Shown piece after piece: positions 23,755 through 33,742 of a stretch of 64,000 nucleotides of DNA. The stretch's first letter is position 1. Every line of letters begins with the position of its first letter. A program made the position numbers and the translations under genes. This stretch comes from Marsupella aquatica (taxonomy: Eukaryota > Plantae > Marchantiophyta). Below the pieces are notes generated by a model, which was not told where the DNA came from, made no database searches, and saw only the letters and a list, made by a program, of their open reading frames with translations. The stretch covers positions 17,766,457 through 17,830,456 of the forward strand of contig OZ316897.1 of the NCBI GenBank assembly GCA_973895155.1, given 5' to 3'.

Positions 23755-23985
23755 TGTTGGAACTAGTGGTAGCGACTATTAGTCTATCTTGCTACGAAGG
23801 ACTAAACAGGAGGAGCCACTATAAGTAGAGAGAAGGACCGAAGGGGACCTAGAGGATCGATGGCAGAGCCAGGAGACCTAAGATGGACCGCTAAGATAGT
23901 GGTAGAACTAAAGTAGGGAGAGAGGCGCCGAATCAGGTGGTAGTAGGGCCGGTCCGTAAGGATGCCTTACGAGATAGTTTCAACA
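23755..23985 (-). repeat. Copia-1 3' LTR (231 bp)
   Basis: tgttgg...ttcaaca. Differs from the 5' LTR by 2 substitutions and one 3-bp indel. PPT (agaggggg on -) is adjacent at 23986-23993. Confidence 0.96.
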
Positions 23986-24037
23986 CCCCCTCTCGAGTAA
24001 GGAAGCGAGAAACTGAGAGCAACAAGGAACCAGTCGA

Positions 24038-24514
24038 ATGAAGGTGATGTCGATTCGTAAGGGGCTGGTGATGCTGGTGAGTGGCACCGTGGAGGTGTTG
24101 GCGCAGATTTGCCGCTTGTTGTATGTCAGTTGTGAAAAATTGGCCCGATGGATGCGGGAGCAAGATGCTCAGGAAGAAAATTTCAAGCCGAAGATGGAAG
24201 GAGCACCGCAGGTGGTGCAGCCAATAGCGTCGTTGAGGTCAGTTGTGCAGCAGCCGAGTGTACCTGTACAGATGCAGATATTTCCGGTAGGAGTCGGTGA
24301 AAAAGGAGAGGGGCAATGGATGCCTATGACGTATAAGCATTGCTTTTATGCTGTGGCGGTAGGAAGAAGGCCAGGAATATATAGAACCTGGGTAGAAGCT
24401 AATGAAGCGGTGGTCGGATACCCCGGGAATTGTCATCAGAGTTTTCGAACGCTAGCAGAGGCGGAGTATTTTCTGGAAAAGAAGGGAGATATAGGAAAGG
24501 ATTGGATGGAGTAG
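24038..24514 (+). CDS. Copia-1 antisense extra ORF, 158 aa, with C-terminal RNase H1 N-terminal hybrid-binding / Cauli_VI-like domain
   Basis: True ATG with an in-frame upstream stop at 24014, ending in TAG. aa 103-146, FYAVAVGRRPGIYRTWVEANEAVVGYPGNCHQSFRTLAEAEYFL, fit the FYAV..GR..G(I/V)(Y/F).TW.E....V..(F/Y)P.....F....EA..F pattern. Confidence 0.8.
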   Translation: MKVMSIRKGLVMLVSGTVEVLAQICRLLYVSCEKLARWMREQDAQEENFKPKMEGAPQVVQPIASLRSVVQQPSVPVQMQIFPVGVGEKGEGQWMPMTYKHCFYAVAVGRRPGIYRTWVEANEAVVGYPGNCHQSFRTLAEAEYFLEKKGDIGKDWME

Positions 24515-24531
24515 AAGAGTAGATAGCGGAA

Positions 24532-27500
24532 TCAAGGAGACCTGATATGTATGTCGGAAATGGATTTCACTCCAATAAAGAATCGATGTTTCTCAAATTT
24601 CTGTCGTGGAAGTGGTTTTGTGAGAATGTCTGCTGGGTTTTCATTTGTATTGATGTAGGACAAGGTGATTTCCCCCTCTAGCACCCGTTCTCGAATGAAG
24701 TGGTGCTTCCCTTCAATGTGTTTGGTGCGAGCATGGAAGACAGGATTTCTAGCTAATTTGAGTGAGCCTTGGTTATCACAGTGGAGATGAACATCGGCAG
24801 TGCTGGGTGTGGAGGCGTGAGCTAGATCAGAGTGAATGATAGGGTTGGAGGAAACAAGGGGTACCTTGAGAGGAGAGGTAGGATTGATTTCTGATAGAAG
24901 GCGACGGATGTGAACCGCTTCTTTTGCCCCTTCAGAGAGCGCTTTGTATTCAGCTTCGATAGTGCTGTCAGAGACTGTTGTTTGTAGTTTGCTAGACCAG
25001 GATATGGGCCCACTGGCGAGTTGGAGTAGATAAGCGCCACGAGAGCGCCGTGTTTCGGTACAGCCAAGGAAGTCAGCATCGGTGAAGCCTTGTAAGTTGG
25101 TAGTGGAGGAACGAAAGAAGGTGAGGCCGTGGTCAGTGGTACCGTGTAGATATCGAAGAATGTGCTGAACGGATTCCCAATGCCTGGTTTGTGGAGAGCT
25201 CATATACCTGCTCACGATGCCTACGGCATAAGAAATATCTGGCCTGGTGTGAGTGAGGAAGATGAGCTTGCCAACGGCGTGACAGTAGGCAGTGGTATCA
25301 AACGGAGCAGAATTAGTGTCAGAAGTTAGAACGTGTCCTTCTGGTAGGGGGATAGGCGCGCTGGTGGTGATGGCAAATTCCTTAACTAATTCCTGGCAAT
25401 AGGATGTTTGATGAAGCATCAGGCCGGTGGGAGTGTGAAGAAATTCTATCCCAAGATATTTCTGCGCTAAGCCAAGATCAGTCATTTGATATTTGTTTTT
25501 CAAATGAGTTTTGATGTTGGCGATTTTCTCTGGATCACTACCGGTAATCAAAAGGTCATCAACATATAACATGAGAATTATTAGAGCACCCTCAGAGTGG
25601 CAGAAGTAGAGATTGGGATCAACGGTACTACGTGTCCAGCCTGTGTCTCAAAGGTGTGAATCAATCTCACTGTACCATTCACGAGGAGATTGCTTGAGCC
25701 CGTAGAGGGACCTTCGAAGTCGGCATACCATGGTCTCTTTCCCTGGAAATTCAAAGCCTTGTGGTTGCTGCATATAAATTTCTTCGGTGAGAGTCCCATT
25801 GAGAAAGGCCGTAACGACGTCCATGTGGTGTAACTCCCATCCATTGGCAACAGCGAGAGCAATGATGGCACGTAATGTTGACCATTTGACAACAGGAGCA
25901 AATGTTTCGTTGTAGTCGATCCCAAACTTCTGTTCAAATCCCCGGGCAACTAGTCGTGCTTTGAGTCTGAAGCGAGTGGAGTCAGGTTTTGCACGGAAGA
26001 CCCATTTAGCTGTAAGTGCTCTACGTCCTGCTGGTAGATAGACAAGATCCCAGGTTCCCATGTCAATGAGAGATTTGATCTCAGATTGCATGGCTTTTAC
26101 CCATTCGGGGTCTTGTAAGGCCATTGCGACAGTGAGTTTAGCGCAGTCGGGGCCAGCAATTTCGACAAGATGTGTGCTCATTTCATAATCGTGATGCCAA
26201 GGTGGGATCTGCCGAGTGCAAAGTGAGCGACGAGTAGCTGGAGGTACGGTAGCAGTTGAAGGATTATCAGGAATATGGTCCAAGACCGGAATATGGTCCT
26301 CCCGTGCTGGCGCTTCAGTGGGGGCCCCCTCTGGAGCAGGAAGGTCGGGAAGGAGAGCGTCGTCGTTGTTGGCTGCAATGGGAACTGCTACCAATGGTTG
26401 AGGGTCGTCGGTGGTGGCAAGGTCGTCAATAAGGACTGATTGAAAAAGATTGATGACATCATAAGGGTCAGGGTGGGAGGCACCCATAATGTTCTCATCA
26501 AAGGTGACATCGCGAGAAATGAGGATGCGGCGACGAGTTGCATCATAACAACGATAAGCTTTGGATTCATCATCATAGCCGAGTAGTGTGGTGCGAATGG
26601 CTTTTATGCCGAGTTTGGTTTGGTGGGAGGGAGGAATTAGAACATAAGCTGTGCAACCAAGGATGCGGAGATGACTGAGGTCCGGTTTGGAGCCAGTGAT
26701 GGCCTGAAATGGTGTGCATTGGTGAAGAGCATGAGTTCCAGATTGATTCTAGAGATAGTTAGCAGAGCGGATGCTTTCAGTCCATAGTTGAAGAGGAATG
26801 CTAGAGCTGATGAGAGTTGCTCGTGAAGCTTCGAGAAGAGTCTGATTCTTGCATTCTGCAATGCCGTTTTGATGTGGGGAGTGGGCAACGGTGAATTGAC
26901 GTCGTATGCCATGTTGGTTGCAGAATGTGAGAAAGTCGGTCGACCGGTACTCCCCCCCCCCTCTATCAGAACGGAGGCAACTGATGTTGAGATTAAATTG
27001 CTTTTCCACCAAAAGTTTGAATGCTTTGAACTTGTCAAAGGTTTCGCTTTTGTAGGTGAGAAAATAGACCCAAGTGAATCTGGTGAAGTCATCGATTAAT
27101 GTAAGCATATACTTGGCGGAGGTGGGACCACGGATGGGTCCACAGAGGTCAGTGTGGAGCAATTCAAGAGGTCGAGAGGTCCGCATAGTGGAGTGCTTGG
27201 GAATTTTTTCCCGATGGTGCTTTGCCACCACGCAGGTATCGCAGACTCGCTGGACACGCGGAAGAGCAGGTAGACCAGTGACGAGTGAGCGTGCAGACAT
27301 GTGATGGACCATCTGATAGTTAACATGCCCCAGCCTTCGGTGCTAGAGATCAATGCTATTGTAGTGGGGCACTGCTGGAATTGGATTGTTGGAGATTTCA
27401 GTGAGCAGAATGGGTGACATCGTGGGTGATGTCGAAGACCGTCGATGTTGAGGACGCGGTTGACGAAGCTTGTAGAGCCGAGTGCGTGAGTCACGGAACC

Positions 27501-28842
27501 CCTTCAGAAACATACGCTTTGGATTATCTTTGTCAAATACAAAGCAAGACTTGGAGTTGAACAAGATGGGATGTCCTGCGTCTGTGAGAGAGCCAATAGA
27601 CAACAGATTTCTCTGCAGACCCGGGACGTAAAGAACCTTGGTAACCTCTTTATTTTTATCGATCAAAATGGTGCCGTGGCCAGCAACAGGTAGTTTGGTA
27701 CCGTTAGCAGTGCTAACAGAGCCAGAGTGAGAGTTGATAGCTATAGTGCGGAAGACAGTGCTATCTCCGCTGACATGGGTGCTTGCCCCGTAATCGAGGA
27801 TCCATTCACTCGGACTGTGGCTAGCGGTGTCTAGCTCAGAGAAATTAGCTTCAAGAGTCTCACCATCATGGTAGACGTCGGAATCGTAGTCATCGGTGTA
27901 GTCATAGGGGACTTCAGCAATATTTGCTTGTGGTTGGAAGCATCGGATGCCGGCTGCTTTGAGCTGAAGATCTGCAATCTGAGTATCTAATTTCTTAAGG
28001 TCACAGTCAGGTTCCCAGTGGCCGTTCTTGTCGCAATAGTTACAGTTGCCAATGCAACGTCCATGGCCAGCGGCAGAAGTGCGGGGTGGAGTGCGAAAGT
28101 GCGGAGTTTGGTGTGGTGGAAGGTTGTCACGGTCAGCGCTGCGTGAGTAGTCAGGTCGTGGTTGGAAGTGCCCCCGGCCTCGGGGAAATGAGCGAGTGAC
28201 GGCAAAGGCCTCTTCGGTAGTCTCAGCTTGCTTCCCTTTCCTCCAATAATCATCTGCCTGGAGTCGTTCGATGAGATTGGAGAACGTAGGCTGTGGAGAG
28301 CGGGAGAGCTCGGAGCTGAAAATGGACACGAAGGGACCCCAGCTGAGTGGCAAGCCTTGTAGAACTATGTGGATGAGACGTGTCTCATCGACTGCGGCAT
28401 TGATGCTAGATAGTTGCCCAGCTAAACCATTGATCTGATTGATGTAGAGCTCAACAGATCCGCCGTCGTTCAGGCATGTAGTCTGAAGTTTGTTGAGTAG
28501 ATGTATCTGGCGTTGCAAAATGTCGCCCCCAAAGCGGAGTTGGAAGTGCTCCCAGCACTTGGCAGGGTCATCTGAATACTTGTCGACAGTCGGTAGAAGG
28601 TGAGTCCTCACAGTGGAGGATAGGACAGCAATGGCTTTGTCCTTCTTCTTCTGCTTCTCTTGTGCCGTTAGATGCGCCCCTTTATCCGTGAAGTTGCCAT
28701 TGGCGTCAGGTTTGACACCAAAGTTCAACTCGTGGAACAGGTCATCCCGTTTGAGAATGTTCTTAACTACGATGGCCCAGGTCAGATGATTGCTGGAGCC
28801 GTCGAGTTTGTCGCAGTCAGAGAAGATCTTGAGTAATTCCAT
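24532..28842 (-). pseudogene. Copia-1 gag-pol, one reading frame with three premature stops (27343, 26749, 25648)
   Basis: Gag knuckle CNYCDKNGHWEPDC; protease WILDYGASTH; L*HRRLGH; integrase HTDLCGP, SDRGGGEY, QNGIAE; RT KARLVARGF and LYVDDLL; RNase H DADF, EAEY, CDNQ, ADILTK. All track fragments share a single frame. Confidence 0.95.
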
Positions 28843-29214
28843 ACTGAAGAGAAAGGCAAGAAAGAAAAAAAAAGGAAAGAAAGGAAAGAAAATAAAATAA
28901 AATAAAAATGAAACAAGGTAATGATGATTGCTAAGAGACTCGAGGAGCTTTCACTCGAACGAAGTAATAGAGCTATTCTATTGTATCAGGGACCTTGTCA
29001 ACCTGAAGAGTGTTGGAGGACTAAGTGTCAGTGACTGCGTGTATTCTAATCGTGCAGGGAATATCTAGTCCTGTGAGTGTCAGGGAACTTTCGACCTGAG
29101 TGCACAGTAATCTATCTGAGAAAATAATTCTAGAAGTGTGCAAATGTCAGGGAACTTCTCGACCTGCGCACACAATGTAAGTCTGACTACTAGAGTCACT
29201 ATTCATCAGAGCCT

Positions 29215-29227
29215 GGCTCTGATACCA
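29215..29227 (-). promoter_or_regulatory. Copia-1 primer-binding site (tRNA-iMet)
   Basis: TGGTATCAGAGCC on the minus strand, directly after the 5' LTR. Confidence 0.95.
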
Positions 29228-29461
29228 TGTTGGAACTAGTGGTAGCGACTATTAGTCTATCTTGCTACGAAGGACTAAACAGGAGGAGCCACTATAAGTA
29301 GCGGAGAGAAGGACCGAAGGGGACCTAGAGGATCGACGGCAGAGCCAGGAGACCTAAGATGGACCGCTAAGATAGCGGTAGAACTAAAGTAGGGAGAGAG
29401 GCGCCGAATCAGGTGGTAGTAGGGCCGGTCCGTAAGGATGCCTTACGAGATAGTTTCAACA
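29228..29461 (-). repeat. Copia-1 5' LTR (234 bp)
   Basis: Near-identical to 23755-23985. Confidence 0.96.
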
Positions 29462-32400
29462 GTAACAGCCTTTCAACGTCTAAACAGCTATCCCTCAACC
29501 AGTATGACCCGTGCCTGAAAGATTTCTAGCTAAGACCAGCTGTTGACCATTGCCACTTCCCTCGCTCAAATTTGCTTCTCAATGTCTCCTAGAACGGCTA
29601 TCCCATACTTCATTCTCTGTTACTACCGGCACCTAGTTACAAACACTAGGGTATTCCTCCCTACCTCCAGCCCATTTGTGGCCCTGATAGTGACAGTCTC
29701 AGTTATGCTTACCTTGGTTATGAGCTCTTATAACTTAGTACCCTTACTATCACTCTTCTAATGCCATGATTACCCTAATTTGATTGCTAATATCATCAAC
29801 AGTTAGTGCGTACAATTTCAACTATTCTGGACAAGGGCCGTGTCATGGGTTAATGAGTTTGACAAAATAGAGTTCCTTAGCAGACGACAAAATTAGTGGG
29901 TCATTGTAGTGTGCGAGTAAACAGTAACAATTTTACTTGCACGAGCAAATGTTTTCTTCACATGACCCCTAATTTTACTCTTTTTTTCTTTTTTTAATTT
30001 ATTCATGACCCCTAATTTTACTATATCCAATTGCCTAGCTAGCAAGAACCTGGTTGATAACATACATTTTTAGGACTCCTCTTTTTGCTAGCCACTTGCC
30101 AGCCAGCCATCTGGAGTCATAAAAAACACAAAAAATATAAAAGGCAGAAGAAAAAAAAAAACCAGTATGAGTGTCCAGCTTGTTCACCACATGTTTAGTT
30201 TGATTTTATATGATATACATGCCCACCTCACGGGTTCCTGACATTGGTACCCACTGATCTTGGATAGTTGAAATAGTGTTGGCTTGGTGGTTATGCAATA
30301 TAATTATGGGTTAAATTTGAAGTTTCATTATTGTAATTAAGTTTGTAAGTGTGTCAAGGTTATTACAGCAAAACTATTGGAGATTTAGAATATTGTGTGA
30401 ATCTCTAGAAGAATCTAAATCTAGTTTGGCCTAATTAAACCAGATTTGCTCAATTGAGTAAAAAACTCTAGTAAATTGTTTTCCAATTTTAAATCATTCC
30501 ATGGTTCCATCAGTATGCTTTGAAGGTTCTTGTGTGCTTTAGTTGTGTGTACCGTAGTCATGTCCCGAGTCATGTATAACTTTGCCATCCTGACAAATTA
30601 TATGCCTTTGCCTGATTTTTGCAAATTTCAATAGCACAAGTAAGATGCAGTTCCAAATCACCCACCTACCCCCTGACCTACCCACTTAGTTGTAGTTCCT
30701 CAAAAGATAGAATGTTTAAAGAAGTACTTACTAGTAGTTACAGACCCCCATGACAAGTCTCTTGCAAAATTCCTAGCACATTGTTGGCCACCCCAGCTAT
30801 TTCCGCCATAAGACAAACATTTCTATTTGTGACAAAGAACAGACACTCCCATTTGTGTTTGTCATAGCACCGGCATGAATGGTTAGACCAGAATGGTAAA
30901 AAAGTTGGAAAATTGAAAGCAAAATCCAAAATAACAAAGTAACTAAGAGTACGGGTAAAAGAAACCTACTATACTAACCCTATTCTAAAACTTTTGACGC
31001 ATTAAAAAATAATGTTTTCTTCACTTTGGATCAGTGGAATGATATGCATGCAATGGTTATATGCAATGTGGAGTTCCCCAAACAACCCATCCTTCTCTCA
31101 CAGTAGGTTATCATGAAAAAAACAAGTCATATCTGACTTTTCTAACCTAGCGCCCCATCTTGGCATTTCCAAGTCCCCATTCAGAAACTCAACTACGAGT
31201 GTTCACTTTTGTCCCACACACACCTTCACACAAGTGCTCACACACGAATGATCTGGATGCTCCATTTAGGAAAATCTAATGGTTGAGGAACTATAGGATG
31301 ATGTGGATTATTCACAGAATTTATAAATATGCCAAGGTCTCTAACTGGACATGTCATCAAGTTTGAAACCTTAAGTGCCTTGCTAAACAACACCCTCTTG
31401 CTAGCAAAAGTCCTCTTTGCTCGCATTATACAATACCTTGGCTCATTGGAAGGTGGTCAATGGAAGGCTCATTGGCAGGCTAAAGAAATTTAGAGACTCA
31501 TGATCTCGTTAGCATTTTACAAAATTTCTTCATATCAGATTCATTAGAAAGCTAGAGAGATCTAAGCTCACACATGAAATTTCTCAAGAGACTAGCTGAA
31601 CACGACAACAGCCACCGTTCAAAAGACACAGCAAGGAAACATTTGGCGAGAGAATTGTTTGGACTAGACCACCTGCCAGCCACAGGGGCAAACAGGATAA
31701 CAAATTAATCCCTGTTTGCTAAAACAATTGCCGAAAAGAGTGAAATTTGAAAATCTGACATACTCGAATTCTTAGAGGATGTGTGATTCTCATCAATGCA
31801 TCCAAGCTAAAACACATTCTCACACATAATGGTGAACGGTGCGAGCCTCGTTCACATTCTCAATGGAGCTCAAGCCTTCGTACTGTATGGCATCCTCGTA
31901 CTGTCTCCGTCTCTCCAAGAACGTCAATGCTCTGAAAGCAGAGGAGGTTATCCTGCCTCCGACCGATGTGCCGTAACTGGAAGAGGCCGCTGGAGGACAC
32001 ACTGAGAAAGTTTGCCTCAGCCCTTAAACAAACCTGCACCAGGTTGAATTTGCACTCAGCACTGAGGTCCACGTCACGAACAAACCTAAGAGACCAAGGT
32101 TCACGGCTTACATCTATGGTAGTCAATTTATTAAGCCAACTGCAACTTACTTACTGCTGCGTCCTGCACAGGGGACGACCAGCCTCTTCGAATTTCACTA
32201 TTATTTTGGTGGAATGAACGAATTCGCCCTTTGTGATCAACCTCTCGGGACAATGTTCTCAGGACCACGAGGATTCAGAGAGTTTTATCTATCTACTGAT
32301 ATATATATATATCAAACTGCAAAAAAAACAGAGGTCGCCCAACCGGGACACAAGATCCCTCAGGCAAACGACCCAATCAAGGGGGGGACCAACAAGGGCC

Positions 32401-32632
32401 AAGAAAGGCAAGAAATCAAAGAAACAAAGAAAACTTTTTGAAAAGACCGCCATGCCTCAGTGCCACTGTGTCCTGTCGATCATTATCGAGAATATTTCTG
32501 GTTCTGAATGTCGTCAGATCCGGTCTAAGCTTGCATACAATCATGCCTGATGCTGTCAACTTCAGCATTTCCTTGAAGACCGCGTATCCGAATGATCGTA
32601 CATTCCTGATGGAAGACTTGCCTGACTTGCTT

Positions 32633-33742
32633 TCACTGCAGTCGGGTGTCAGCATCTTGATGCCAAACTCCTCTCCAGTGCGCGAGGTTCTTCTCGAAGA
32701 GACCATTGGCGCAGTGGAAATTTATATGATTTCTCGTCTCGTCCTCCAGAGCGTAGTTGTCGAATGACTGGGTGGCATGCTTGATCCCAGGTGTAGGGGC
32801 ATAAGGATAGTCCGAGCCAAACGTGACTTGGTTGTTGGGAATGAATTGGAGGGTGCTGGGAAGCGCAGACGGGCTGGACGAGAGAGCTGTGTCGACGTAG
32901 AACTTCTTCATCTCCTTCAAGTTTGCCTCAAAGCCCGCCTCAAAGTTTTCGTCACCAAGGATATAGCCTATAGTTCCAGCCATTCGACTCGCAGCAAACG
33001 GGATAAACCCTCCTGAGTGAGCCAGAAGGAACTTAATGTTTGGGTAGTGTCCCGTGACGTTCCTAATCACCAAGAGCGCTGCAGCACGAGTCGTGTCCAG
33101 CAAGAAGTCGATCATGTATGCGGGTACTTTAACTTCCTTCCCTCTGACCGCAGTTGTCACAGATGGGACGCCGAAAAGTGTGCTCGGATGAACGAAAACT
33201 ACAGCCTGACGGGCGTCCAACACCTCCATGAGAGTATCGAACTTCTCACTACCCAGATACTCGCCGAGTGAGTTGGCCATCACTGCCACTCCCGCAGCCT
33301 TGAGCGTGTCCAACGCGTAAATGGCTTCCGCGACGGACCCCTCCACGTCGGGCAGCGCGAGTGTGGCGAAGAACTGGAAGCGCTCGGGGTATGCCAGCGT
33401 GATCATGTGCCCATACTCGTTCAAATCCCTCGCTAATTTTCTACCGTCCTCCACGTCGTCGAAAGGTGACAATTTCGCACCTGGGGTGGACACGGACAGA
33501 ATCGAAAGTTCGATGTTAAGGGAGTCCATGAATGCGAGATGGTCGGCCGGATTCCACTTCGGAATGATTAGCCCTCCTGAGCTCAGGCCCTTTGCGATCA
33601 AGAGATCGTAGTAGAAAGGTGGAACCATGTGTGCATGTGTATCAATTCGGATGAGTTTCGCTTCAGCTCCAATGGAGGAGAAGGTCGCAACAACAAACAG
33701 AGCAACGAAAAGTGTGGAAATCCTCGAATAATTGGTCTCCAT
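32633..33742 (-). CDS. Amidohydrolase_2-superfamily enzyme with signal peptide, copy 2, 369 aa, intronless
   Basis: Same motifs as copy 1 (DTHAH, VHP, AHSGG, GSDYP); signal peptide ends in AEA-K; ORF intact. Confidence 0.88.
   Translation of the reverse strand: METNYSRISTLFVALFVVATFSSIGAEAKLIRIDTHAHMVPPFYYDLLIAKGLSSGGLIIPKWNPADHLAFMDSLNIELSILSVSTPGAKLSPFDDVEDGRKLARDLNEYGHMITLAYPERFQFFATLALPDVEGSVAEAIYALDTLKAAGVAVMANSLGEYLGSEKFDTLMEVLDARQAVVFVHPSTLFGVPSVTTAVRGKEVKVPAYMIDFLLDTTRAAALLVIRNVTGHYPNIKFLLAHSGGFIPFAASRMAGTIGYILGDENFEAGFEANLKEMKKFYVDTALSSSPSALPSTLQFIPNNQVTFGSDYPYAPTPGIKHATQSFDNYALEDETRNHINFHCANGLFEKNLAHWRGVWHQDADTRLQ

Larger units (their letters stand above)
23755..29461 (-). mobile_element. 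Full-length Ty1/Copia LTR retrotransposon (Copia-1), 5707 bp, young
   Basis: TG..CA LTRs at both ends, 5-bp TSD GTAAC (23750-23754 and 29462-29466), tRNA-iMet PBS, PPT, and domain order gag-PR-IN-RT-RH. Confidence 0.97.
22528..29640. repeat. Segmental duplication unit B (amidohydrolase 5' region), interrupted by Copia-1; paralogous to ~33670-35085
   Basis: 22630-23754 matches 33750-34910 and 29462-29640 matches 34910-35085. Confidence 0.82.

Noticed and set aside
24038-24514. Endogenous caulimovirus fragment or host RNase H1 gene as the source of the extra ORF
   Set aside because: No other caulimoviral genes and no RNase H catalytic domain; the ORF is bounded by the element's own PPT and pol stop.
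11729-33742. Bacterial contamination as the source of the amidohydrolases
   Set aside because: No operon context; the copies lie in a local triplication interleaved with plant transposons and carry eukaryote-type signal peptides.
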